A program made the position numbers and the translations under genes. Shown here one piece after another: positions 41,201 to 54,090 of a stretch of DNA of 64,000 nucleotides. The stretch's first letter is position 1; the number at the start of each line of letters is the position of its first letter. The notes under the pieces were generated by a model. It did no database searches and was not told the origin of the DNA. It worked only from the letters and a program-made list of their open reading frames with translations. Origin of the DNA: the human T2T-CHM13v2.0 reference genome, Homo sapiens; assembly GCF_009914755.1 (NCBI RefSeq), contig NC_060928.1. The stretch is one strand, 5' to 3'.

Positions 41201-41829
41201 AAAAATATTTTAAATTACAAAGCCAAACATAAGAATCATGCAAAATTTAAGCAGTATAAAACTATACTACATGAAAAGGAAAAAAAAGGAGAAGTAGACT
41301 CCTATTATTAGAATGTGATTTCCAAAGATGACAGTCATTTTCAGAAAATTTGGTGTATATTCTTCTAATACTTATCTCCTCTATACATATAATAAGTGAT
41401 ATTGTACAAGGCGTAACATTTTGTTACTGAATGAAGCCAACAAGTATTCTTATTGGTAATAATATTTCTAATTGGGCAATACTAAGAATACTTCACACAA
41501 TCTTCTATATCTATTACAATGAAGAGAGAGAATAAAAAATGTCATAAATTCAACAGGCTTTCATAGTCTCTTGTTTTTAAAACTGTAAATACTAAAAAAT
41601 TGTGTAATATAAGGAATAAGCATATATGGACAGAGTTTATTGCTGAAATAAGTATTTTACAATTATTGTTTAACTTAATAACATTATCATTGTTGTGGTA
41701 TATAATTAATTGTAATGGAAGGAATTCACACATGTGATTTTGATGACAATGATGATAGAAAATAATGATTAGCAATTATTTCTGATCATCTATGGTATAC
41801 CAGATGCTTTACAAACATTATCTCCTTTC

Positions 41830-41975
41830 TACTTAAAGTGGAGTCTTTGGATCAACAGTACTGGTATTACCAGGAAAATTGATAGCAATGCAGAATCTAA
41901 GGCCCAACACACCCTGGTTTGTGAGTCTCAGAAGCCTGTATTTTTCCCACAATCTCATACAGTGATTATTATGAC
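41830..41975. mobile_element. MER5-like hAT DNA transposon relic
   Basis: aatgcagaatctaaggccc...tcagaagcctgtattttt...gtgatt resembles MER5A. Confidence 0.45.
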
Positions 41976-42689
41976 TTTTATACAAATAAACCAAGAATTT
42001 CTAAAGTCAGTTGGGGTGAAAACCTGATCCAAAGCTAAACTTTAAAGATTTCATTGTTTCCAATTTCTCTCTGCCCATTCAACTTCTGCATTCACTTCCA
42101 TTTTTTCTGCTTTACTTCTCTTGAATATATCCAGACCCCACCAAAGTAGTTTGATGTCTCAGTCACCATAAAACAAAGCCCAGTCCCCTTGAGGACTGAT
42201 AGAACCTGACTTTCCACAGATTGGGTCATTTACCTGCAAGGACCATCTAAAGAATGTAATAATTTACTCTCTTGACTGTAATTCTCACAATAAATGGTTA
42301 TGAAGCATTTCTGGAGAAACTGTAGTAAAACGTATGTCACTGTCCACATTGAGAAAGTCAACATTCATTTTGCACTCCAGAGTCCTAGTTACAGTCCAGC
42401 AGGATCCTCATCTTTGTTTTTCCTGGTCAGTGTCATTGCACTCAGGAGCCTCTGCCAGATTTAGCAGAGTAGTGTCTGGATGATTCCTTCTTTCATTCCT
42501 AGGACTGGGAAGAGGAGTGTGCTCGGTCTGGGACCATGGGTAACATGAAAGAGAGTATTTGTTTCTCTGGAAAACATCGTCTCAAGTTACAAGCCAAGCT
42601 GCCTCTAGATGTCCCTTTTCAACTCATTCGAAAAAAATACAGGGCTATGTCCAAACCTCAATGTTGAAAGCATTTAGGAGGTAATCTTT

Positions 42690-42825
42690 CTTTTTTTTCT
42701 TTTACATTTTAAATTGATGCATAATATATAGAAATAGTACATATACATTTGCATTTGATGAGTTTTCAAAAACTAAATACACCAGCGTAACCAGCACCCA
42801 CATCAAGAAGCAGAATGTTATCAAG
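42690..42825 (-). mobile_element. Old L1 (L1MD/ME-like) 3' end fragment
   Basis: ttgatgagttttcaaaaactaaatacaccagcgtaaccagcacccacatcaagaagcagaa. Confidence 0.55.
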
Positions 42826-43676
42826 GAGATAGTGTTTTCATTACCTATCCATGGCAGAGTTTGTGAATACCAGGGATAAGTGGCCCTCCCATTTGTGACT
42901 CATCCCATCCTGATGAAGACAAATTAGTGAATGGGGTCTCCAAACTGAGATCCAGTCTGATCGGAGGGTATGGAGTCAGAGAATAAAGTTATAGGTGAGG
43001 TGTTTGCTGACTGCAATTGGAGAACTTGCTTATTTCTAGCCCCAGGTTCTTGTTTGTTGGGTCTGACTTCAGAAGCTATGGCAAACTTACATTTTTTCCA
43101 GCTCTCGGAGTCCACATTTTCTTGAATTGGATCTCCTTCATTGTCCTGCCCTTGAAGGGCCACTGGAAACATCTTTTCGTATTTCATCCTAGTGTGGGAG
43201 TATCAAGATTTTTCAGCCATTCTTGGCTATAAGTGTATTTCACTTGGACTTGGCCTATTTCTCTTTGTTCAAGCATCTTTTTGTCACTTCTCCCACCTGA
43301 TCTATGTGATTGCCTTCCAAACGGAACAGGAAACCATGTGAATCTCAGTCACTGTCTACTCTAGACCACTTGTTCTTGGGCAGTGAGGCCCCTGTATATG
43401 ATTTGTATGTGTCTGAGACCATGAGCCACCCCAGAGTTGAGGTGTGGAATCTCATATATGGCTGTTGATTTTTTTCAAACTCTGAGGCTTCCGTGCTGTC
43501 TGTGTCACTAGTGTATTCTAACAAAACTCAGAATTGTTCCTCAGGATCTTAGAGAAGTGCTTTCTATGAATTTCTCTAGTTTATGTTAAAAATAATTTAT
43601 GCACATGGTTCAAAAGCCTGCTTGATTATAAGTCATACAGTAATAGCTACCTCCATATGGAATCTGGTTTATATCA

Positions 43677-44020
<344 letters not shown>

Positions 44021-44289
44021 CCTAAACACTTGTTGTTTCCTAAGAAATTTAGTGCTTCATGGAGTTGGGTAAAAGGTAATGGCAGATTTACCGCTTCATA
44101 AGATAGATAATGAGTTTTCCTTAAATTATTGAAGCAACTCAATATTGTGTAAGTTTGGTTCTCTACCTGAAATAGCCAGTTTTAAACCATGCATTCTTCC
44201 CAAAATTGCAATTCAGATTTCAATGAAATTTCATTAATATTTCATTGGTGACTAGCAGAGTTCTAAAAAAAACAAAGAGAGAGAGAGAG

Positions 44290-44650
44290 AGTAAATGGGA
44301 ATAGATCTCTTGAGGCATATGCTCAGAAATGGTACAACTATGCTTCCTGCATATTTTATTGGCCAAAGCAAGTTACAAGGGCATTCCAGATTCAAGGCCT
44401 GGAAAAATAGATTCCACCTCTTAATAAAAGAAGCAATGTGACTTTTTATTGTCTTCCACCAAGAGGAGAGACATATTATCAGGTGCCTCCCATGCCCTAC
44501 TCACTCTCCTCCTTGTTAAAGCCAGCCAAGCCCCAGAAGTGTGATTGCCTGGCCTCACCAGCCTCTGTGAGAATTAAGAGCTAAATAATTGGTTGTTATA
44601 TTATATCACTAAGTTTTAGAGTGATTTGCTATACAGCAAAAACTAATAGA
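44290..44650. mobile_element. Old MLT1-type LTR fragments in both orientations
   Basis: An antisense block (attggccaaagcaagttacaagg...ccagattcaagg...aaatagattccacctctt) and a sense 3' end (cactaagttttagagtgatttgctatacagcaa). Confidence 0.5.
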
Positions 44651-46230
44651 CTGCCTTATCAGGTACTAAAATATGTACAACTATTAAACATTACAATTTA
44701 ATTCTAGTTTTACTTTTGTCTTTTGGAAAACTTTGAAGGATATCCAATTCACAGCCCACAGGCCCACTTCCAAGAAAAGAAACAAATAATGCAAATGATT
44801 ACCTATTATCTTTTGCTCTGACATCTCTCAAGCAAGTCTGGAGACCTTCTTTCCTCATTCTGAAACCACATCTCAAACTTCTGCCTAGCACGCTCTCCGC
44901 CCAGGCTCCTCAATTCCCGTCTCTGACAGAGCCATGCTTTGCTGCCTCTCTGAGGGAGTGACTCTGGGGACCTGTCCCTGCCTATTTGGGGGTAGCCTGA
45001 AGATCCAGCAGCTGCACGTCCTCTGGTCCTTTGCTCATAAAGACAGCTGTGGCCAGTGCTCCTTGGAAAGCTGGGCTCTGTTCTCACTTTGATTGCTTTT
45101 CTTATGGGAAAAACTCCTAAAGCTCTTTCAGAAAAAGATATCCACCTTGCACCTAAGCAAAACCTTCTGGGGTTGATAAGTGAAAATAAAAGAGCCTCAG
45201 AGTTGTGAATGATTCACACATTCATGTAGAGTTCTGTATACGCCTTTTGGATAAATGGCCAAAGTCATCCCCAATGGATGTACCCGAACTAAGAGTTCAA
45301 ATGGGGAAAAAACAAAGTGAGGTGAGGCTTAGTGCAAACAAAGTTTAGAATTAGAAGATAACTTTTTATAACTTCCTCAAGTTAGCAAGTAGTTTCAGAA
45401 CAAGCAGAAATTGGAAAGCAACTGTTGTTATAGTAGTTATTAAAGCCTTAATGGGAAATGTCTCAGTGCAAGTTGAGCTTCAGCTGGCAGAACTGCTAGA
45501 CTATGGGCAGCAGAGTGCTCTGCGGGAGGCCAGGATGTCTGACTTGCCAGAGAGTACAGAAAACCCAGTCAAAACATTGAACCAGGATATTAAGTTACCG
45601 GAGAAACTCAAAACACAGAACCAAGGGGCAGACAGGCCAGAGTAGTCAGACAGTAGGACATGCTAGATCAGGATCAGAGATCACATGGTGGAATCAACCA
45701 TTAGCATCAGTAGTCAGAACAACTACTGTATCCCAGGACCCTTTGAGATGAGACTAAAATTTCCTACCTGTTCTTGCCCTTCCTATAAGGGGTCTGTGTC
45801 ATCCTATAAATGGAAAGTTCATCTAGACAATATTTCCTGCTTCATGCTTCAGAAAATCCCGGGATGGGCAGTGAGGTGAGACTTAGGATCATTGCCTATG
45901 AGCAGCAAAGGGTGGAAAAGATCAAAGGGTTGTGAGGGTATCCAATTCCCAGGACCTTTCTTTGGGTCCACATCTGCACAATCATAGAACAGTAATATTG
46001 GAGATCAAAGGTCTTGGCTTGAGCTGAAACTACTTCCTGACTTTTTGCTGTGATAGTTAGAGGTAGACAGTTAAACTAGGTTGGCCAAAAAGAAGAGGAA
46101 TCAAGGTAAACATCAATGTGGCAGTTACTCCCAATAAAGCAGATTTGAAAGTATTTCGAAAGGTTCAATAAAATAATTGTGTGGTTATTGGAGATTGTAG
46201 AAAAGATATTGTGGGTTAAAAATTACAATC

Positions 46231-47689
46231 TCCCTCTCCCTCTCCCGCTTCCTCTCCCTCTCCCGCTCCCGCTCCCGCTCCCTCTCCAGCTCCCCCTCCC
46301 GCTCCCTCTCCACCTCCCGCTCCCGCTCCCCCTCCCTCTCCCGATTTCCACAGTCTCCCTCTGTTGCCAAGGCTGGACTGTACTGCCGTGATCTCGGCTG
46401 GCTGCAACCTCCCTGCCTGATTCTCCTGCCTCAGCCTGCCGAGTGCCTGGGATTGCAGGCGTGCGCCGCCACGCCTGACTGGTTTTTGTATTTTTGGTGG
46501 AGAGGGGGTTTCGCCCTGTTGGCCGGGCTGGTCTCCAGCTACTGACCTCCAGTGATCTGCCCGCCTCGGCCTCCCGAGGTGCCGGGATTGCAGACGGAGT
46601 CTTGCTCACTCAGTGCTCAATGTTGCCCAGGCTGGAGTGCAGTGGCGTGATCTCGGCTGGCTACAGCCTCCACCTCCCAGCAGCCTGCCTTGGCCTCCCA
46701 AAGTGCTGAGATCGCAGCCTCTGCCCGGCCGCCACCCCGTCTAGGAAGTGAGGAGCGTCTCTGCCTGGCCGCCCATTGTCTGGGATGTGAGGAGCCCCTC
46801 CGCCCGGCTGCCTCATCTGGGATGTGAGGAGCGCCTCTGCCCGGCAGCCCCGTCTGGGAGGTGAGGAGCAGCTCTACCCGGCCACCACCCCGCCTGGGAA
46901 GTGAGGAGCGCCTCTGCCCGGCCAACACCCCGTCTGGGATGTGAGGAGCGTCTCTGCCCAGCTGCCCCGACTGGGAAGAGAGGAGTGCCTCTGCCCGGCC
47001 ACCCCGTCTGGGAGGTGAGGAGTGCCTCTGCCCGGCAGCCACCCCATCTGGGAAGTGGGGAGCCCCTCTGCCCGGCCGCCCCGTATGGGAAGTGAGAAGT
47101 GCCTTTGCCCGACCGCGACCCGGTCTGGGAACTGAGGAGTGCCTCGGCCCGGCAGCCGCCACGTCTGGGAGGTGTACCCAACAGCTCATTGAGAACGGGC
47201 CATGATGATGATGGCGGTTTTGTCAAATAGAAAAGGGGGAGATGTGGGGAAAAGAAAGAGAGATCAGATTGTTACTGTGTCTGTGTAGAAAGAAGTAGAC
47301 ATAGGAGACTCCATTTTGTTCTGTACTAAGAAAAATTCTTCTGCCTTGGGATGCTGTTAATCTATAACCTTACCCCCAACCCCGTGCTCTCTGAAACATG
47401 TGCTGTGTCAACTCAGGGTTAAATGGATTAAGGGCGGTGCAAGATGTGCTTTGTTAAACAGATGCTTGAAGGCAGCATGCTCCTTAAGAGTCATCACCAC
47501 TCCCTAATCTCAAGTACCCAGGGACACAAACACTGCGGAAGGCGGCAGGGTCCTCTGCCTAGGAAAACCAGAGACCTTTGTTTGCGTGTTTATCTGCTGA
47601 CCTTCTCTCCATTATTGTCCTATGACCCTGCCAAATCCCCCTCTCCGAGAAACACCCAAGAATGATCAATAAATACTAAAAAAAAAAAA
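46231..47689 (+). mobile_element. Full-length SVA retrotransposon (older subfamily, SVA_B-like)
   Basis: CCCTCT/CCCGCT hexamers 46231-46342, antisense Alu-like domain to ~46716, GC-rich VNTR ~46717-47172, SINE-R to 47677, AATAAA 47668-47673 and poly-A. The 13-bp TSD aaaaattacaatc (46218-46230, 47685-47697) sits at a TT/AAAA L1 endonuclease site. Confidence 0.97.
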
Positions 47690-49570
47690 TTACAATCAAT
47701 CTCTCACCTGGAGAATTCCCTCAGTGATTATGAGTTCATCCAGTTGCCATCTGTTGGAAATCTTGAGCAGTGAAAGGATAGCTTGAAATCACACACAAAG
47801 TGTGACTGAACAAAAGTGCTAGGTCAGAGTCTGGAAAGTTAAGTAAAAGATAACTCCCTGAGGAAGGTGGTTCTGAGTAGAGCAGATTCTAGAATTATCA
47901 TATGAGTACTGTTCTTTAGAAAGGAGGATGGCTTGCCTGTCCATGAGGCTTGTAGAATTCTGGAAGTTCTGTGGTCAAAAGGAGGCTTCTGGCTATTGAC
48001 CTGAGAATTTAGGATTATGAAGTCAGGTTTAGTTATACTTAGAGGGTAGAACTAAAATATGTTGTTCAGGAATATATGTACATCTTTAATAATCATGTTT
48101 TTATCACAACTGAGGAAGAAGTGTATTATCTTAGTTCTGTATAAATTACCTTGAAGATTGTAGCATGTTGTTGGAACACAGAAATTTCTGCAATAAAATC
48201 TCAAAAAGGCATTTTACTTTCTCAGCTCAGATTTTGACCTGAATATACAAACTTGTAAGAATTGTTGTCACTCTATTTGCTGATAAGAGCATGTAGAATC
48301 TTGAAGGTGAAGGTAAAATGACTTGAAGATGAAACTGTTGCCCCAAATAATTAGAGAGAGCAGATAAAATAAAATAAGTAGCCATCAAAATAGCTATATT
48401 TTAGAGAAATTGTGAAATCTACATGACACTACAAAGAATTGTACCATCTGCAGTTAATTATGTCAAGCAGATACAGCTATAAATTGTTATCCACGTTTTT
48501 GAAGAGAACTTGTGTTCTTGCTTGTCTCACTGATGAATAATTTGCCTTGACCTTATTGCTTGACTTGTGGCTGCCCACCAGTTACACACCCATTGCTTCT
48601 TCTGATTTCTGGCCTCTCCAGTGGTGAGCTTCCTCTCTGGGGCTCACACGCCTTTCTTGGCCTTGGCCTTGGATCTCCAGGTTCTAGCTTTTGGTGCTAA
48701 TGTCTCCACATCACATTCCACACCTCTGCAAACAGCACGGTGACTTATGGCTTATGGAGAACCACCTTCACGTCCAAGCCATCAAATGAACCATGGCTTA
48801 ATTCATGTCTTACCTGTAAGATTTGGACTTTCTTTGGAATAGGAAGAAACTTTTGCTTAAGGACAATGGAAACAGCATTGCCTCCCTCTCTCCCTGCTAC
48901 ACATGATACTGGGGTGCAGTATCCAGATCTATTGAGATTCTTGCCACAAGGCAAGGCAGCCAGAGGGAAGGAACATTTCTTCCTCTGAATTCAGAGCACA
49001 CAAGCTTTAATTCTGCTGGAGATTGGTAGGCCAAAAAGGTAGGTGTTTCAAATTTCCCATGTGGGTCTACCTGAGTCAGCTCTTCCTCCTAGCCTATCCA
49101 CAATATGGGCTGCTGCTCTCCTGCTCCTGGCTCCTTCCTCACTGCCAATGTACCCACTCATCTCTTTCACTCAAGACTGCCAGAGTTTTTTTTTATTATT
49201 TTTATTGTTTATTTCCATAGGTTTTAGGGGAACAGGGGGTGTTTTGATACATGGATAGGTTCTTTAGTGGTGATTTCTGAGATTTTGATGCACCCATCAC
49301 CTGAGCAGTGTACACTGTACCTAATTTGTAGTCTTTTATCCCTCACCCTCCTCCCACCCTTGCCATGGAATACCCAAAGTCCATTGTATTACTCTCATGC
49401 CTTTGCATCCTCATAGATTAGTTCCCACTTATGAGTGAGAACATAGGACATTTGGTTTCCATTCCTGAGTATAATATTCCTGAGTATAACCACTTAGAAT
49501 AATGGTCTCCAATTCTACCCATTTGCTGAGAATGCCATTATTTCATTCCTTTTTATGGCTGAGTAGTATT

Positions 49571-49574
<4 letters not shown>

Positions 49575-49622
<48 letters not shown>
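49575..49622. repeat. (TA)24 microsatellite
   Basis: Uninterrupted TA run of 48 bp. Confidence 0.97.
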
Positions 49623-49627
<5 letters not shown>

Positions 49628-49628
49628 T

Positions 49629-49632
<4 letters not shown>

Positions 49633-49661
<29 letters not shown>

Positions 49662-49935
49662 GAGATGGAGTTTCACTTTTGCTGCCCAGGCTGGAGTACA
49701 ATGGCATGATCTCGGCTCACTGCAACCTCTGACTCCCGGGTTCAAGCGATTCTCCTGCCTTAGCCTCCCAACCATCTGGAATTACAGGTGCCTGCCATCA
49801 CACTAATTCTTTGTATTTTTAGTAGAGACAGGGTTTCACCATGTTGTCCAGGCCAGTCTCGAACTACTGACCTCAGGTGATCCACCTGCCTCGGCCTCTC
49901 AAAGTGCTGGGATTACAGGCGTGAGCGTCCGGACT
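49633..49935 (-). mobile_element. AluSq/Sp-like inside L1
   Basis: (TTTA)n tail followed by tgagatggagtttcacttttgctgcccaggctggag. Confidence 0.93.
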
Positions 49936-50199
49936 CACGGTATCTTTATCCACTCACTGACTGAAGGGCATTTGGGCTGGTTTCATATTTTTGCAATTGC
50001 TAACTGTACTGCTATAAACATGTGTGTGCAAGTATCTTTTTCATATAATGACTTCTTTTTCTCTGGGTAGATACCCACTAGTGGAATTGCTGCATCAATT
50101 GGTAAGCCTGCTAGAGTTTCATTAAAATGTGTACTTGAGGTCAGTGCTCTAAACACTATCAGAGTTTTAGTTGCTTCTAGATTCCCAAAGCTAAATGTG

Positions 50200-50380
50200 A
50201 GGGAGTCAGATACTTACATGATTTTCAAATCCTGGCTTTGTGATCTCGGCTAGGATAACTTTTAACCTCTTTGGGCTTTATTTTTCACATCTGCAAGTAG
50301 GATTATTATTGTTGTTATAATCATCATTATGGAGTTGTTGTGAGAATTGAAGAGGATGTATGTACAGTACCTAGAACATG
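50200..50380 (+). mobile_element. MIR
   Basis: ggagtcaga...ttcaaatcctggct...ttaacctct...catctgcaa...gttgttgtgagaatt. Confidence 0.65.
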
Positions 50381-51769
50381 TTATGTCAATCAGCTTGGGC
50401 AAAAAAGAAGGGCCCTGGATCATGAGGCTTAGACATTTAAAATTTTTTGTGGGAATAGAGGGAGTTGAGCTGGCCTTGATCACAGGCTACCCGGGAAGAT
50501 AAAGGCCACTTTTGATCTCTAGTAGCAGTTGTAAGCTGTCTTCTGAGTTACATTTCTGTTAACTTTTCAGGAAATTCTTGATAAAAATTACAGCCTGATC
50601 TCAGTTGTGCAACAGGAATTTTGAAGAGCAGCCACCCTCCCTGAAGCCATCTAGGGAACACCAGCAGAATCACACTGGAGGACTGGTGTCCACAGAAGGC
50701 CACAAGCTTGTGAAGGTCAACTCAGCTGTGGCAGCTGAGCAACTGTCGGGCAAGTCTGCTGGAATCTGAAAACCCAGAGACATTTGTCCTGGGGGATATA
50801 TGGTATGGTTCCCTTGGGTTCTCAGAAATGACTGAGATGACATTTTGAGAGAAGCTAAGTTTTGGAAATTAGGCCAGAGACTTATGCCAAAATTGTGGAT
50901 AAAGAGGAAGTTCCTGTTTGGGTTGTAGTGACAGGCTGTTGAGACTGGTGAAGTAAGCATCACACTCAATTTACCCCACACTATGAGGAGCAAAAGAGTT
51001 CTTAAAAAGACAGAGAGGCATAGCCTCATCATCAGAGCTCTTTAGGGAAACTGGGGATTACCTCTATATGTCAGATTTTCAAATTAGCGTTGCACACCAG
51101 AGACCTCTTCAGGTGAGGTGAACTTGTAAAAATACCTGAGAATGGTTGTGAAACTGTAGTGTGCTGCTGCTGTGACTTCTGTTTTATTTTTTTCATTTCA
51201 TTTACTTTTCTATATACGAGTGTGTGTGTTTGTGCACACACACAGAGTATATATAAGACATAGATACTTATAGTACATAGAAATGTATTTGTATAAATAC
51301 ATGTATGATGTTGAAAGTTTGAGATTCTTTGTTTTTTGATAAAAACTAGTTAAAATTGTTATTAAGATCTGAAAATTAATTCAGTCAGTTTTAAGAGACA
51401 TAGAAATTCAGAGCAGCAATCCCTGTTTGGTAAATGCTTCTGTGGGGGACAACATTCTCCACTAAGGTAATTTTGAGCCACAATCTTAAATCAAACCACG
51501 AAAGATAGAAATTATTTCCTTGGAATAAGCTGTGAACAGTATTACCTAAGGCTTTGGATAATTTCAAATGAAATGCTGAATTTAGTATATTGAATGACAC
51601 AGCATCTTTATTTTAAAATGGAACAAGTCAATAAGGTATTTACAGGAACACACAGCTTGAATAATAAAATGTGTGTGAATAGATCTTAATAATTCATTCC
51701 ATGTGCTGATGCAATTTGATACAAACTCAAGCGTTTTAATAAGAACTGTAAGCTGTTTTTTGAAATTAT

Positions 51770-52070
51770 GTATTGGATTAGAGAGAGAGAGAGAACAGAC
51801 CAATTAAGCAACGAAAAAGAAGCGGGGAATTGCTAATGCTGAATGAGTAGGAGCCATCTGGAACTATAAAGCGTCCCCAACAACCTACAGCTTCCCACAC
51901 AGATCGTAACCTCCTCCTCCGATACCCGCCCCCACTACTTTGTGTAGGAGTTTATCTTTTCCAGCTATCACTATGGGTAGGGTAAAAACTACTTTTATAA
52001 AAATTACCTTCATGGTTACTGAAAGCTGAAGAGGAATACTTCACTAACCATGGGTCATGACTCATAGCGT
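51770..52070. promoter_or_regulatory. Candidate promoter/enhancer (CCAAT, TATA, GC box, AP-1)
   Basis: ATTGG 51772, CCAAT 51800, TATAAA 51865, CCCGCCCCC 51925 and ATGACTCAT 52057 in unique sequence with several CpGs. Confidence 0.4.
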
Positions 52071-52712
52071 AAATACTTATCTAGTAAGCATTTATAATAT
52101 TTCTTTGGTGCTAATTTTCTCATTGAATAAAGTTTGCTTTCATTTTGTTTCATCCACATCATAGCGGCACTTTCTGGCTGAGCTGCTTAACCCTCTGAAT
52201 TCAACTATTTGCAGAGGCATAAAGAATTTTGATGACTATTTCATTATGCTTCCTCTAAAAATATGTTTTAAAGTCTCTAAAGATTGTTGACTGTGTGCAA
52301 AACACTCTAAAGCTTGTTTCAAAGTAACATAAAGCATTTAGATGAGAAAAGGGAATATACACAATCCACTTCAGCTACACATAAACTGGTTCATGTGTTA
52401 AGGACAGTTCTAGAACTTTGGAAACTTGGATAAGGACGCTCCTTCTGAGTATAGTTCTCATAGCACAATCCCAAAGACACTGGAACCAACTTCAACTCCC
52501 ACTGAGCTTAGAACCTACCCTTTACATTACCCTAGAAAAACAAACACACTCTTTTATGTAACCCCTCTCCCCATTCTCCCCCTTCTTTTACAAATTATAT
52601 GCTAAAATGCTCCCAATGTACTTATAAATAGATCCAATAAGACATCAATTTCTACACCTTCCAAGAGGGAGGGGAAACAATCACAGGAAATGAGGTGAAA
52701 ACAAATACTATT

Positions 52713-53090
<378 letters not shown>

Positions 53091-53344
53091 CTAAAGAATA
53101 AATAATTTTCACAAGAACATTCTAAAGCAAATTGTAGTATCACTTTATTTTCATTATTGTAGTAACATTTCTTCAATGACTTGGTATCAATAAATTGTAT
53201 ACAAATAAAAGTCCTGTGTTGGCTTAATATTTCATTTTTCAGCTTTTGTGTTAGGGTCTATAAACAAGTTTATTGGTACCTGTGTTTACAGATGCACCAT
53301 ATTTAAATGTAGTATAAAGTCTGATATATATGAGAATACGATGG

Positions 53345-53445
53345 GATATGTGTATGTGTGCTCCTGTGTGTCTGTATGTGTGCCCTTGTGTGTGCAAGAG
53401 GGTGTGTGGAAGTGTTTGTGTATGTATAAAATGCTGTGTGTCTGT
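53345..53445. repeat. Degenerate (TG)n tract
   Basis: Interrupted TG repeats. Confidence 0.75.
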
Positions 53446-53774
53446 TTAATTAAGAGTGTTTCTGATAGGATATGATTCTAGTGGGTTAGGGAAGAAGAAG
53501 GTGAGAGGAGAGTAGGCCAAGGTTGACACAGAGGAAGTAAATAGGTAAATAGAGAGAAGTCAGGCACAGTAACAAGGTAAGCAGGATATTGGTGTATGCT
53601 TCCCCTGGTTTATCTGACATTTTCCCCTAGGTGTTCCTACTCATCACTAGCAAACCTAAATCTATATTGACCCATCTGCACCTCTGGAATTCTCAGCATC
53701 CATCTCAAATTATTGAAACTAGTCTTTTGAGGATAGCCTGAAATATTATTTTGGTGAAAGAAAAAAAAATCTCG

Positions 53775-54090
<316 letters not shown>

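Larger units (their letters stand above)
49186..50103 (-). mobile_element. 5'-truncated L1 (L1PB1-type) 3' end, interrupted by (TA)n and Alu
   Basis: Antisense L1PB 3' UTR (ataggttttaggggaacaggggg...gtggtgatttctgagattttgatgcaccc). Degenerate TSD aag(a/c)ctgc(c/t)agagttt at 49173 and 50104. Confidence 0.9.

Noticed and set aside
46717-47172. Array of ~37-40-bp repeats superficially like a CRISPR array
   Set aside because: It is the SVA VNTR: degenerate tandem units without unique spacers, in eukaryotic DNA.
46179-47665. Longest ORFs in the window (up to 190 aa)
   Set aside because: They are translations of the SVA hexamer, Alu-like and VNTR domains, not genes.
47744-47757. CTCF-like CCAACAGATGGCAA (minus strand) next to the SVA
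   Set aside because: Only 12/14 to the core, too weak to call without ChIP data.
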